Positions 42,070 to 57,714 of a stretch of 64,000 nucleotides of DNA are shown here, piece after piece (the first letter of the stretch is position 1; each line of letters starts with the position of its first letter). Position numbers and translations under genes: made by a program. The notes below the pieces were generated by a model. It saw only the letters and a program-made list of their open reading frames with translations. It ran no database searches and was not told the origin of the DNA. The stretch comes from Obrimoposthia wandeli (lineage: Eukaryota), in NCBI GenBank assembly GCA_977020255.1, contig CDROCS010006901.1, positions 124,001-188,000 on the forward strand. The letters are read 5' to 3'.

Positions 42070-45000
42070 AATCTAGACCATTCAGTAACCAGTCAAGACT
42101 ATGGTTGTAAAAATAATTAAAATATTTTCCCTAAGGCATTTAAAAATTTTTATATCATTTGGAAATTTGATATAATATGTAACTGAACATGGGGAATCGT
42201 TCTAGCGTAACGGTTTTAGTCCAACTTGTTGTCTTCCAGGTGTTTCGGGGTATGTAAGGGGTGAAAATGACATTTGTACCATTAAAAGGCCTATATTAAT
42301 GTGAATATAATTTCTTTTGGGAAAACGGTTGTCACCATCGTGTAGCCCGTCGTTGATATGGTATGTAGAGTGTTTTCCAAGAATTTTGATTCTCTAATGA
42401 TAAATGGGGGAAATATTTCCAACAATATTAGGCCTACAAGACAATAGTTAGGAAAACTAATTCCTAAGACCTTTAATAATTTTCATATTTGATAAAACTT
42501 TGATACAAGTTTTGAGCGCATTAACTTCATGGGAACTACGTAGAGAAAGATTTAGGCGTGTAATTTAGATTAAAAAATCGAGTATAGGCATCGCAAAATC
42601 TTTTTTAGGTAGGGTACCTGCTAAATTTTGTAAGTGACAATTTTTTATTTTCCAAATCGAAAATAATTTGGTCGTCAAATTTAATTTTTAAAAAATGTAA
42701 AATGTCATTTTTAGGCATCGCATTTTGAAATTTAATTTTTAAAAATGTAAAATGTCATTTTTAGGCATCGCATTTTGAAATTTAATTTTTAAAAAATGTA
42801 AAATGTCATTTTTAGGCATCGCATTTTGAAATTTAATTTTGAAAATGTAGATTTTAGGCATCGCATTTTGAAATTTATTTTTAAAAATATAAAATGTAGC
42901 TTTTAGGCATCGCATTTTACGCTACACACTATGTGGCGACGTATCTCTATTTTAGCCAGATAGTTGACAGTTGAAAATGAATCCAAACTATCATCCGACA
43001 GAGAAGCACCACTCATGACGACGTGTATCTCTATTTTAGCCAGATAGTTGACAGTTGAAAATAAATCCAAACTATCATCAAAAACTATCCGACAGAGAAG
43101 CCGACAATATGTAACTGTACACTTACTGGGGCCACTGACTGACGATAATCTAAGTACAAAGGGATACAACCTCATGTAGATTTTCCTCAGCCTCAGCTAA
43201 TGTAATGGAAGATATTCAAGAAAATAGGTAACTGACAGTCTACCAGATAGACATTAGACTACTTTTGTTAATTTTATTTCAAATAGGCATCGCATTTTGA
43301 AAAAAATCGCAAAAATAAACATTTTAGGCATCACAATATGTAAAATAATTCATTCTAGGCATCGCAAAATTTAATTAAATTATTTATAAATTGTAAATTT
43401 TAGGCATCGCATTTTGAATTTTAAAAAAAATTATATTTTTTAGGCATCGCATTTTGAAATTTATTTTTGAAAATGTAATTTTTAGGCATCGCATTTTGAA
43501 ATTTAATTTTTAAAAAATGTAAAATGTAGCTTTTAGGCATCGCATTTTTAAATTTAATTTTTTAAAAATGTAAAATGTAGCTTTTAGGCACCGCATTTTT
43601 AAATTTAATTATTAAAAAATGTAAAATGTAGCTTTTAGGCATCGCATTTTGAAATTTAATTTTTTAAAAAATGTAAAATGTAGCTTTTAGGCATCGCATT
43701 TTTAAATTTAATTTTTTAAAAAATGTAAAATGTAGCTTTTAGGCACCGCATTTTTAAATTAAATTTTTAAAAAATGTAAAATGTAGCTTTTAGGCACCGC
43801 ATTTTTAAATTTAATTATTAAAAAATGTAAAATGTAGCTTTTAGGCATTGCATTTTGAAATTTAATTTTGAGAGTTGTATTTTGTATCATCTCTTTTAGA
43901 ATTTTTTTTCGCTTTTATCTTTCCACACAAACACTTTGGCGAATTTAGACATACAAATTCGGAATCAGTGAACGATTTTACGTTTGAAATATTCTAAGAT
44001 TTTAAAATTGGTGCAAAAAATATTTTTAGCAATTTTTCTGAATTTTTAGAAATCCAGAACTTTGTTTGCAAATATCTCCCCACACAAATCTCGTAGAATT
44101 TTTAGACATACATATTCGGAATCAGGGAACAATTCTACATCTGAAAAATGCTAAGATTTTAAGAATTGTGAATTTTATTTTAATCAATTTTTCAGGTATT
44201 ACACGCTTTTTTATACTTTTCTCTGGAGATATGCTACCATTAGCAAAACCACACACATATTCTTTCTCCTCTAAGCAAGACGGAAGTTTTCATACCCTGT
44301 TGTTGAAATTGGGACAAAAAAATGTTAGATGCCTATTTTGGTGAGTTTCAGAGAAAATTCACTTTTACTCAGATTTCTCAAGGAGGACAGTACCATTCTT
44401 GAATCTAAAATTATATCCGTACTCACCTCACCGAGACGCGTCTTTTGATGGTGCTTCCGATCAGTTTGGTGCAATATAGAATTAAATTGTAAAATTGAAT
44501 TTTCTAATATTAAAATATTGCATTCAATGTTTCTTTCACGAATTTCTTTCTCAATATTGCGAATTAAAGAAAACTAAGCACACCATAATTTTTTTCAGAA
44601 TTTTTAACACCAGAAAGATATAAAAGATATTTTATTCGAGCAAAGTACAGTTTTAAGCAAATATCTTAATTCCAAGAATCGAGATTTTCGATTACGAATA
44701 AATCGACAAATACTAAACCAATTTAGAAAGTAAACACAGATTCAGAAGTTTCTCGGCGAAACTTAATTTTGTATTCTATTTTCAGAATTTCTCTAAGAGC
44801 ATTTACGTTTTTAGAAATCCAGGTACATGCACTGACATGTAACCTTATCGCGAATATCTCGGCGAATATTGGGAATCCACAAAAGTCGGGTACGTATTCT
44901 TGCTCGTCTTGATGCGACAGAATTTTGGATAATTTTCTGCACTTCAACAGATGCATATTAGAGAAGATAGCTAAATTGAGCACCGTTCTATCATATAAGG

Positions 45001-47290
45001 CAATTTCCATTTCCTTTATGACTCCGCGAATATCGAGAGTCGAGCAAAGTAAGTTACATATTCGTTGTCCTCTAATTGAGACGGAATTTCTGAAGCTACT
45101 TGCGAAAGGTTTGGGGGCATATTAGAGGATTCGGAAAAAGATGGCTATTTAAATGCTTTGTCTTTGTTTTAAAAAGCGACTTTATATCGCTAATATCTCG
45201 TCACACAGAATTTTCATCGCAAAACCAAATACATATTCTTGCTCGCAGTAATTTTCCGCCCCAGAAACCTACAGAAACCGGCACTTGAAGTTTCACACAA
45301 TTTTTATTGTATTCACGGAAAAGCTCGAATATCTCCGCACCCGGTGCACCAATGTGCACCAAAACACCCTCAAAACACTCGTAATCGAGCCCTCGAATTT
45401 CCACAACCAACTATTCATTTTAGTATCCATTACCCACAAACACTCTCCTTGTTTCAATACCCCCTCTCCCATGAAATCGACGGCCACTTTTGCGGATCTC
45501 ACTTGGGATTCGCCTACACGCCAGCGATCGCACTGCAGAACGCTGTGTCGTGTATGCGCTCCAGATCTGGGATCCGCCCCGCACGAGGCGCGAGAGAGGA
45601 GCCGAAGCCGCCCAGTGTCCGGCAACAGAAGATTTGTCGGCGCCCGGCTCTCGGTCTCGCTCTCCGGCCGAAAATTCACCCAAAACGTCACTACACACCA
45701 CCACCATCATTTAGCCACCAACAACGGAAATCAGCACCCACCGCTGTACTGCTCCCTATCTCCATCGCCCCCAAATTTAGCACGCAAAAGGTCTCCGAAA
45801 ACATTACCCCACTTTCACTTTCCATGCCCAAACTTATTGAAGTTCCAAATTATTTTTTTTTCAAATTCGACACTATTATTTTAAACCAATGTAAACCAGC
45901 AAAGATTTTCGTACTCTGTAAAATTATATCTAACAGCATTTGACAAACTTTTGTAGGATAGGTATCATTTTTAGAAATCTCACACCATTTTTAATTTCAT
46001 ATAGTTTTTGCTACAAAAAAAGAATTATGATCATAATGCAATTACTGACATTTAGGTATATAATTACATAGGATTGGATAATGACGTTGAAGTCAAAAAA
46101 TTTATATGAAATTGATTTTACAACACTAACATTCAAATTAGTAAAAAAATAAGTTTCTAACATACTTCTATAATATTTTTGTTCTACGTCAGCGACATTA
46201 AATAAAATAATAAGTAATTTTATTAAAATTATTCTAATTTCGTTGGTTATTGAAATGTATTCTAATCCAAATATATATGTAAAACCAAAAATACTCCCAA
46301 TTTGGTGTAGAAAAAGTAAATGATTTACAAATTTTAGTATATACAAAAATTGCCTCAAATAATTAGGCATTCTAAAATTTAATAAATGCTGTATGGCTGT
46401 ATTTGTATTTAAACTATTTATATGATAATTTTTAAATAGTAATATAATACTTACATATTCTGACATACAACTTTCCCCTTTATAACGAGTTAGACAGATC
46501 AATTTACATGAAATTTAGCCTAATCACTCCAAATGTTTTGGTTTGGTAAATTTTCATTCAGCCAACATTTCATCGAATGCTTCACAAAATTGTTTGATCC
46601 AAATCGTACTGAAATAGTCATAAACGAAGAATGTACATTCAAATGCATTCTTTCTAATTGTGCTGTAGGATTTATATGCTGAGTTTTGTATTATTTTTCA
46701 CTCATTGGATGATACACCTACAACCCGTTTGAAAAGTTTTATTTTAGTGTATTCCTCATCCAGTCAACATTTTAAAATGAATAATTCCTAAAGCATCTTG
46801 TACTCGAATGAATTTTGTTCATCTACCAAGAGATGTCTTTGACAGTAAGTTTTCACTCCACATCTTGAATACAACTTCTCTTTTCTAGTTCTGTAGCACT
46901 GGTCATAAATTAGTATTAAAAAACAGATAATAAAATCAATTAAGTAATACCTAATTTCTCTGTTTCGATTTTGATCAATTCCAAACGTTTTCGAAACCTT
47001 TTCGTTAGCTATTTTTCAGAGAATTCAGCCAGTAAGTTTTTCTTCATTGTATATTTTTGTAAATTTTCATTTCTTAGACATGATTAATACTTTATTATAA
47101 ATTGATATTTCATTTTAGTTATCGTTTATAATGCTTCATGCTTATTCATTTATCATGATTAGTAAAGGCAAAATTATATTATAGTTACAGCTTACACTGA
47201 TTATTTTTTGTATTATTTTTTAAAAGCTATAATTGGAAGAAATACGGTACTTAGAATTACGTAGAACTTTTAACGGAAGTGTTGCCTTTA

Positions 47291-47347
47291 ATCCTAATAA
47301 TTGCCTGAGCTGGCAATCTGATGAGGACAGCAGTCTGAAATTAGGAT
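47291..47347 (+). ncRNA. Type III hammerhead ribozyme (unit 3)
   Basis: Identical to the unit-1 motif. Confidence 0.93.
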
Positions 47348-50300
47348 AACCTGGAGTTCGTGTATTATTATGGGAGTGAAACCGTTTACAACAGCGGTTC
47401 TCAAACTCAGGAACTGTTAGGTTCTATGTGAAGGTAATAAAATTAATTTAATTAAGAAAACTTAAAAACGTTCTATGACAGATCTGTTTTTTAAAGAATT
47501 GGCACAGAAATGCTGTCACAAGATCTACATGACATTAAAAATGATTTTTTTTAAAACGTTGCAATGTTTAATATAAAATTATAAATTAAAAACAACTGGT
47601 TTATTACTTCAGGTACATATATTAATAGTTATCTTAATTAGAAAGTCAGTGTTACTGTTTGATTCTTTGCAGCAACCGGGATTTCATATATGCTTTTACC
47701 ACATTTAACTTTGTTAATACCTATCTGGGTAAAAAAGAAAGTCGTTCGTTTGCTTCGGTGTCTCTAGATACTGTTGTAACTCTTCATATTTGTCAATACC
47801 TGTTTCTGACTGATGAAAGACCCAAAATACATCTACAGATACCTCTAAATTATCTATCATTACATAGTTAGAGAAATCAAATAGCAAAAGCCCTAAGGTC
47901 TTTAATTTCATGAGTTATGTTCTTTTGAAAACGATTATTTACAATTCAAAATTGACATCAATAAAATTAATTTAAAAAATTAGGTAAAATATCAATGTTA
48001 AGGTCCCAGGCAGCTACATCAGCGTCATCCGTGTGGCTTTTCTTTGTTTGGTAGCACATGAGGTTTAGAAAATGTCTCAAGAATGGAAACAGTCACTGGA
48101 TTGGGTTTTTATCGCAATAATGATATTTCATTAAATTTGTTAAAAATTTGTTTTTAAATTCATTATGTATTTGGTTAACTCAAGATGTTTCTGTTTAGAA
48201 GATATTGTAAAACGGAATTTGTTGAAAGTTTGGTTACGCTATAACCTAGATGGGTCAGATTGTGTCAAGTTTTACGGGTACGATCTTAGTAAGGACCACT
48301 AACTAGAAGTCGATCTTAGTAAGGACCACTAACTAGAAGTCGATCTTAGTAAGGACCACTAACTAGAAGTCGATCTTAGTAAGGACCACTAACTAGAAGT
48401 CGATCTTAGTAAGGACCACTAACTAGAAGTCGATCTTAGTAAGGACCACTAACTAGAAGTCGATCTTAGTAAGTCGACGTCTAGCTGGTGAAAGTTCATT
48501 AATGATGTGGGTTGCAATATGTGGCAGTAAAAGTCAGATTTGCAATTAGACACAGAAAACTTGAATACAGTGGAGTAATCCTTAGGCGACTGACAAACCT
48601 TCCTTAATAGCCGATTTGCTACTGAAGTGACGTGCCTTTTTAGCGTCGCTCTGGTGTATTTGAACAATATTAACCTAAATCTGGATATTACTGGCATGAC
48701 GTGTTTACAAAAACGGTTGTCAATTTAAATCAAAGAATGAAATTATTGATCAGAAAATATTTATTTATGCTTTGACAGAGATTAGGTATTACAATTTACC
48801 GAAAGCATGACCACATAAAGGCTTTGCTACAAAATATTGTAACGAAATAAATTTATTATTTAGCGTTTCTTGTAACCTGTTAATTTTCTATTTAAATGAT
48901 TTGGTATAATATTTAAATTTTGTTAGAAATCGCTTATTTAATTAAGGGATTTATCTTATAAATTGCACGAAACAAATTGAAATAATGAATTAAATAAGTA
49001 TAATTTATTATGAATCTCGCGGAATTTTTGTTATTTATTACTGTTTGCAACTGATTCGACTGTTGTATAAGAATGATTTATGAAAAGATAAATATTTGAA
49101 ATGTAAGTCTCTAGATTTTACATATAAATACATTGGTGGACATTTCATCTTGAATATATAGCAAAATCGATTGAAATTTTATAAATGTTTTTAAACATAA
49201 TTTAAACCTTTTTAACTCACTGTCATTTGATTGAAATTTGTGTGTGAGTGACAAATCGGGCATCTTCAGATATGCTAATTACAGGAAGTTGGCTCGACTG
49301 GTATATGTGGCCACTCGTGAGACTATTGGGATCCAGACCTCATCAATGGACAATATGGCGGTTCAATCATTTGAGAAGAGTCCATTGCACTTTTAGTGCT
49401 CTAGTTTGAATATACCGACAACTAATAAATTTCTATCTCTAGTCTGACATTTTTAATAAAGAATTATGAAAAGATTGGCACTCTAATTGAGATGTGTACT
49501 TTTTTCAAGCTAACTTTTTTGTTTACTTTTAATTTTGGATTTATGTTTCTGAAGTACATCCTAACGACGAACATTTTTTATTTCAATAATATTAGAACAT
49601 TTCGCTGTGTTGTTGACTGAATAATTTTTTAAATTTTATGCAATTTTATTTAAGTGCTTATTTTTTATTATTTAACTGTTTTTCGGTATACAATTTGTAT
49701 TATTTTAATATAAAAAGCTAATATTTATTTAATATATTTTGTACTCTGGTTGTTCTGTTTTTCAGTGATGTTGTTTAATGAAAATATTCTGATCCTAAAC
49801 AAGTAGAATAAAAGAGCACCATTGTGAAATTCGGGTTAGTCCGATGATCAGGTAAAAAGTTATTCTATAAGTTATGCATTTTTTAGTATAAATATCTAAA
49901 CATTTAGTCATTTTAATTAATATTCATTGCGTGTTTTGATATAATTTTTTAAAATATTTTTTAAATTCTCACAGGGGTTGAAATTTTAACAGAACTTTTT
50001 GAAGATTTATCTAATTTGTCTAATAAATGACCTGGTTCTATCTGTACAATCAGCCGATTTATCTTATATTTTTGATGCGGAGCGATTGAATTAGTACTGG
50101 TGCACATTGATGTACTATGTTACGAGTAATTTGGTGTTGAAATTACTTGGGTGTCTTTATGGGTTTAATATAGCTGATTTTAAATATTATACATGTATAT
50201 TACAATATTTTATTTATCTTCTTATTTACTTTTAAATATTAGATTTTTATTTTATATTTATTCTTATTTAATTTAAATATAGTTTAAACAATTTATTACA

Positions 50301-51541
50301 TCAATTTATTCTTCTTAATTACGAAATTAGAATATTTTATTCTATTTCTTTTCAATTTATTATATTATTTCATAAAATATCCTTGTTTAAACGCATCATT
50401 TATGGGCATCCATGCAGTACCAACGTGGTACCCTTTTGCCTGCTAAATATTTTTACAGTGCCTAAAAATATTTTTTGCAGTGCCTAAAATTGACATTTCC
50501 CATAATTTCTAAAGCCCACATTAACTTTTTAAACTCAATTTTAAATACATTCTTTCCTTTTTACAAAGCCTTCTTTCTGTTCAAATGCAGATTAGGATGC
50601 TTACTTTCTTGTAAAATTAAATTTAGGTTGCCCACTTTCTTTCGAAAGCTAATTTATGATGTCTACTTTCGGTTAAAATCAAAATTTTATATGCCTAATT
50701 TCTATTAAAATGCAAATTACAATGCCCATTTTATTTTAAAAGGAAATGTACGATGCCCACAATCTCTTTAAATGAATATAACGATGCCCACTTGCTTTAT
50801 AAATAATTTGACGATCCCTTCTTCTCTTTTAAAATAAATTTAGATGTCCACACTGCACACATGTCACAAAAAGGGACAACCTAACCCTAAAAGCCCAGAA
50901 GATAATAAGTGTTATGAAAACGGTTTTCAAAAACGGATTCCCCGTCACAAATTGTGTACTACTCTAGAATTTCAGTGAAAGAAAATATTATTTAGTGCCC
51001 CAGTGAAAAAATAGGCGTGTAATTTGCATTATGTGATACCTGTGCAGATTATCTTTCAAAGGGATTTTAAGACACTGCTTTCGAAGTTTTAAAATGTGTA
51101 GAACTTGTTTCTAGACTATTTCAGACACGGGCTACACGCTCATTTTAACGACAACTAAATTTAGTATATTTTTCATGTGTCTATAGGCCTACACTGCACA
51201 ATTGTCACAAAAAGGCACAACCTAACCCTAGAAAACCAAGAAGATAATAAGTGTTATGAAAACAGTTTTCAGAAATGGATTCCCCGTGTCACGTTGTGTT
51301 ATAATCCAGAGTTTCAGTTAAAGAAAATATTTATAGGTGCCCCGGTGAAAAAATAGGCGTGTAAATTGCATTAACTGGTACATGTGCACATATATTTTCA
51401 ATAGGATTTTGAGACATTGCTTTCGGATTTCTAAATTGTGTCGAACTTAGTTCTAGACTATATCTGTAACGGGCTACATGATGGTGATAAAGAAATCAGA
51501 AACGAAAACTATCTTAATATTTTATTAGGCATGTATATCAA

Positions 51542-51680
51542 GTCAGCAAAGGTACCACAGGGATAACTGGCTTGTGGCGGCCAAGCATCCATAGCGACGT
51601 CGCTTTTTGATCATTCGATGTCGGCTCTTCCTATCATTGCGAAGCAGAATTCGCAAAGCGTCGGATTGTTCACCCATTAA

Positions 51681-51711
<31 letters not shown>

Positions 51712-51838
51712 AAGACAGGTTAGTTTTACCCTACTATATACATTGTCGTTGTGATGGTAATTCTGCTCAGTACGAGAGGAACCGCAGATTCGGATCTCTG
51801 GTAAGTGTGCTTGATCGACCGATCAGTGGCACGACACC
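51542..51838 (+). pseudogene. 28S rRNA fragment A, unit 3
   Basis: Same as unit 1. Confidence 0.95.
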
Positions 51839-52334
51839 TTCAATTTTTTAAAGGCCTCTAACCACTGAAAAACTACTCTACCACTATTGTCCCCCACCAC
51901 ACACTTTTGCAACGCTCACAATTACCATAGCCAACTACAACTCATCGAGCCCTACAATTTGCTGCTACTCTCGCTCTAATATACTCACTATTCGCGAAGT
52001 TATGCAATTTAATACCTCAATCTTTTCCGCTAATTTCTCTGCAAATACCCAATCTCATTTTCACTTTTACACTACAGTATTAGAATTCAGATTTCGGCAC
52101 AAAATAACTACATACTATATCGACTACGGGCTACACGTTGGTGATAACGGTTTACACAACAAAATTCATCTTCGCATTAATCTAGGCCTTGTAATGGTAC
52201 AAATGTCATTTTTACCCCTACATACCCTGAAACACCATTAAGACAACAAGTTGGACTGAAACCGTTACGCTAGAACGATTCCCCGTGTTTAGTTACATAT
52301 TATATCAAATTTCCAACACATACAAAAATTAAGG

Positions 52335-52392
52335 TGACATTCATGGCACTAGGCAGAAATCACATTGCGTCAAAGCCGGTTACCAGCCGTCG

Positions 52393-52423
<31 letters not shown>
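52335..52423 (-). pseudogene. 28S rRNA fragment B, unit 3
   Basis: Same as unit 1. Confidence 0.9.
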
Positions 52424-55400
52424 AATCTAGACCATTCAGTAACCAGTCAAGACTATGGTTGTAAAAATAATTAAAATATTTTCCCTAAGGCATTTAAAAA
52501 TTTTTATATCATTTGGAAATTTGATATAATATGTAACTGAACATGGGGAATCGTTCTAGCGTAACGGTTTTAGTCCAACTTGTTGTCTTCCAGGTGTTTC
52601 GGGGTATGTAAGGGGTGAAAATGACATTTGTACCATTAAAAGGCCTATATTAATGTGAATATAATTTCTTTTGGGAAAACGGTTGTCACCATCGTGTAGC
52701 CCGTCGTTGATATGGTATGTAGAGTGTTTTCCAAGAATTTTGATTCTCTAATGATAAATGGGGGAAATATTTCCAACAATATTAGGCCTACAAGACAATA
52801 GTTAGGAAAACTAATTCCTAAGACCTTTAATAATTTTCATATTTGATAAAACTTTGATACAAGTTTTGAGCGCATTAACTTCATGGGAACTACGTAGAGA
52901 AAGATTTAGGCGTGTAATTTAGATTAAAAAATCGAGTATAGGCATCGCAAAATCTTTTTTAGGTAGGGTACCTGCTAAATTTTGTAAGTGACAATTTTTT
53001 ATTTTCCAAATCGAAAATAATTTGGTCGTCAAATTTAATTTTTTTAAAAATGTAAAATGTAATTTTTAGGCATCGCATTTTGAAATTTAATTTTTTTAAA
53101 AATGTAAAATGTAGCTTTTAGGCATCGCATTTTGAAATTTAATTTTTAAAAAATGTAAAATGTAGTTTTTAGGCATCGCATTTAGAAATTTATTTTTGAA
53201 AATGTAATTTTTAGGCATCGCATTTTGAAATTTAATTTTTAAAAAATGTAAAATGTAGCTTTTAGGCATCGCATTTTACGCTACACACTATGTGGCGACG
53301 TATCTCTATTTTAGCCAGATAGTTGACAGTTGAAAATGAATCCAAACTATCATCCGACAGAGAAGCACCACTCATGACGACGTGTATCTCTATTTTAGCC
53401 AGATAGTTGACAGTTGAAAATAAATCCAAACTATCATCAAAAACTATCCGACAGAGAAGCCGACAATATGTAACTGTACACTTACTGGGGCCACTGACTG
53501 ACGATAATCTAAGTACAAAGGGATACAACCTCATGTAGATTTTCCTCAGCCTCAGCTAATGTAATGGAAGATATTCAAGAAAATAGGTAACTGACAGTCT
53601 ACCAGATAGACATTAGACTACTTTTGTTAATTTTATTTCAAATAGGCATCGCATTTTGAAAAAAATCGCAAAAATAAACATTTTAGGCATCACAATATGT
53701 AAAATAATTCATTCTAGGCATCGCAAAATTTAATTAAATTATTTTTAAAATGTAAAAATATTTTTTTAGGCATCGCATTTTGAATTTTAAAAAAAATTAT
53801 ATTTTTTAGGCATCGCATTTTGAAATTTATTTTTGAAAATGTAATTTTTAGGCATCGCATTTTGAAATTTAATTTTTAAAAAATGTAAAATGTAGCTTTT
53901 AGGCATCGCATTTTTAAATTTAATTTTTTAAAAATGTAAAATGTAGCTTTTAGGCACCGCATTTTTAAATTTAATTATTAAAAAATGTAAAATGTAGCTT
54001 TTAGGCATCGCATTTTGAAATTTAATTTTTTAAAAAATGTAAAATGTAGCTTTTAGGCATCGCATTTTTAAATTTAATTTTTTAAAAAATGTAAAATGTA
54101 GCTTTTAGGCACCGCATTTTTAAATTAAATTTTTAAAAAATGTAAAATGTAGCTTTTAGGCATCGCATTTTGAAATTTAATTTTTTAAAAAATGTAAAAT
54201 GTAGTTTTTAGGCATTGCATTTTGAAATTTAATTTTGAGAGTTGTATTTTGTATCATCTCTTTTAGAATTTTTTTTCGCTTTTATCTTTCCACACAAACA
54301 CTTTGGCGAATTTAGACATACAAATTCGGAATCAGTGAACGATTTTACGTTTGAAATATTCTAAGATTTTAAAATTGGTGCAAAAAATATTTTTAGCAAT
54401 TTTTCTGAATTTTTAGAAATCCAGAACTTTGTTTGCAAATATCTCCCCACACAAATCTCGTAGAATTTTTAGACATACATATTCGGAATCAGGGAACAAT
54501 TCTACATCTGAAAAATGCTAAGATTTTAAGAATTGTGAATTTTATTTTAATCAATTTTTCAGGTATTACACGCTTTTTTATACTTTTCTCTGGAGATATG
54601 CTACCATTAGCAAAACCACACACATATTCTTTCTCCTCTAAGCAAGACGGAAGTTTTCATACCCTGTTGTTGAAATTGGGACAAAAAAATGTTAGATGCC
54701 TATTTTGGTGAGTTTCAGAGAAAATTCACTTTTACTCAGATTTCTCAAGGAGGACAGTACCATTCTTGAATCTAAAATTATATCCGTACTCACCTCACCG
54801 AGACGCGTCTTTTGATGGTGCTTCCGATCAGTTTGGTGCAATATAGAATTAAATTGTAAAATTGAATTTTCTAATATTAAAATATTGCATTCAATGTTTC
54901 TTTCACGAATTTCTTTCTCAATATTGCGAATTAAAGAAAACTAAGCACACCATAATTTTTTTCAGAATTTTTAACACCAGAAAGATATAAAAGATATTTT
55001 ATTCGAGCAAAGTACAGTTTTAAGCAAATATCTTAATTCCAAGAATCGAGATTTTCGATTACGAATAAATCGACAAATACTAAACCAATTTAGAAAGTAA
55101 ACACAGATTCAGAAGTTTCTCGGCGAAACTTAATTTTGTATTCTATTTTCAGAATTTCTCTAAGAGCATTTACGTTTTTAGAAATCCAGGTACATGCACT
55201 GACATGTAACCTTATCGCGAATATCTCGGCGAATATTGGGAATCCACAAAAGTCGGGTACGTATTCTTGCTCGTCTTGATGCGACAGAATTTTGGATAAT
55301 TTTCTGCACTTCAACAGATGCATATTAGAGAAGATAGCTAAATTGAGCACCGTTCTATAATATAAGGCAATTTCCATTTCCTTTATGACTCCGCGAATAT

Positions 55401-57657
55401 CGAGAGTCGAGCAAAGTAAGTTACATATTCGTTGTCCTCTAATTGAGACGGAATTTCTGAAGCTACTTGCGAAAGGTTTGGGGGCATATTAGAGGATTCG
55501 GAAAAAGATGGCTATTTAAATGCTTTGTCTTTGTTTTAAAAAGCGACTTTATATCGCTAATATCTCGTCACACAGAATTTTCATCGCAAAACCAAATACA
55601 TATTCTTGCTCGCAGTAATTTTCCGCCCCAGAAACCTACAGAAACCGGCACTTGAAGTTTCACACAATTTTTATTGTATTCACGGAAAAGCTCGAATATC
55701 TCCGCACCCGGTGCACCAATGTGCACCAAAACACCCTCAAAACACTCGTAATCGAGCCCCCGAATTTCCACAACCAACTATTCATTTTAGTATCCATTAC
55801 CCACAAACACTCTCCTTGTTTCAATACCCCCTCTCCCATGAAATCGACGGCCACTTTTGCGGATCTCACTTGGGATTCGCCTACACGCCAGCGATCGCAC
55901 TGCAGAACGCTGTGTCGTGTATGCGCTCCAGATCTGGGATCCGCCCCGCACGAGGCGCGAGAGAGGAGCCGAAGCCGCCCAGTGTCCGGCAACAGAAGAT
56001 TTGTCGGCGCCCGGCTCTCGGTCTCGCTCTCCGGCCGAAAATTCACCCAAAACGTCACTACACACCACCACCATCATTTAGCCACCAACAACGGAAATCA
56101 GCACCCACCGCTGTACTGCTCCCTATCTCCATCGCCCCCAAATTTAGCACGCAAAAGGTCTCCGAAAACATTACCCCACTTTCACTTTCCATGCCCAAAC
56201 TTATTGAAGTTCCAAATTATTTTTTTTCAAATTCGACACTATTATTTTAAACCAATGTAAACCAGCAAAGATTTTCGTACTCTGTAAAATTATATCTAAC
56301 AGCATTTGACAAACTTTTGTAGGATAGGTATCATTTTTAGAAATCTCACACCATTTTTAATTTCATATAGTTTTTGCTACAAAAAAAGAATTATGATCAT
56401 AATGCAATTACTGACATTTAGGTATATAATTACATAGGATTGGATAATGACGTTGAAGTCAAAAAATTTATATGAAATTGATTTTACAACACTAACATTC
56501 AAATTAGTAAAAAAAATAAGTTTCTAACATACTTCTATAATATTTTTGTTCTACGTCAGCGACATTAAATAAAATAATAAGTAATTTTATTAAAATTATT
56601 CTAATTTCGTTGGTTATTGAAATGTATTCTAATCCAAATATATATGTAAAACCAAAAATACTCCCAATTTGGTGTAGAAAAAGTAAATGATTTACAAATT
56701 TTAGTATATACAAAAATTGCCTCAAATAATTAGGCATTCTAAAATTTAATAAATGCTGTATGGCTGTATTTGTATTTAAACTATTTATATGATAATTTTT
56801 AAATAGTAATATAATACTTACATATTCTGACATACAACTTTCCCCTTTATAACGAGTTAGACAGATCAATTTACATGAAATTTAGCCTAATCACTCCAAA
56901 TGTTTTGGTTTGGTAAATTTTCATTCAGCCAACATTTCATCGAATGCTTCACAAAATTGTTTGATCCAAATCGTACTGAAATAGTCATAAACGAAGAATG
57001 TACATTCAAATGCATTCTTTCTAATTGTGCTGTAGGATTTATATGCTGAGTTTTGTATTATTTTTCACTCATTGGATGATACACCTACAACCCGTTTGAA
57101 AAGTTTTATTTTAGTGTATTCCTCATCCAGTCAACATTTTAAAATGAATAATTCCTAAAGCATCTTGTACTCGAATGAATTTTGTTCATCTACCAAGAGA
57201 TGTCTTTGACAGTAAGTTTTCACTCCACATCTTGAATACAACTTCTCTTTTCTAGTTCTGTAGCACTGGTCATAAATTAGTATTGAAAAACAGATAATAA
57301 AATCAATTAAGTAATACCTAATTTCTCTGTTTCGATTTTGATCAATTCCAAACGTTTTCGAAACCTTTTCGTTAGCTATTTTTCAGAGAATTCAGCCAGT
57401 AAGTTTTTCTTCATTGTATATTTTTGTAAATTTTCATTTCTTAGACATGATTAATACTTTATTATAAATTGATATTTCATTTTAGTTATCGTTTATAATG
57501 CTTCATGCTTATTCATTTATCATGATTAGTAAAGGCAAAATTATATTATAGTTACAGCTTACACTGATTATTTTTTGTATTATTTTTTAAAAGCTATAAT
57601 TGGAAGAAATACGGTACTTAGAATTACGTAGAACTTTTAACGGAAGTGTTGCCTTTA

Positions 57658-57714
57658 ATCCTAATAATTGCCTGAGCTGGCAATCTGATGAGGACAGCAG
57701 TCTGAAATTAGGAT
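57658..57714 (+). ncRNA. Type III hammerhead ribozyme (unit 4)
   Basis: Identical to the unit-1 motif. Confidence 0.93.

Larger units (their letters stand above)
35505..45832. repeat. Macro-repeat unit 2 (10328 bp)
   Basis: Near-identical to unit 1. Confidence 0.97.
45833..56199. repeat. Macro-repeat unit 3 (10367 bp)
   Basis: Near-identical to unit 1. Confidence 0.97.
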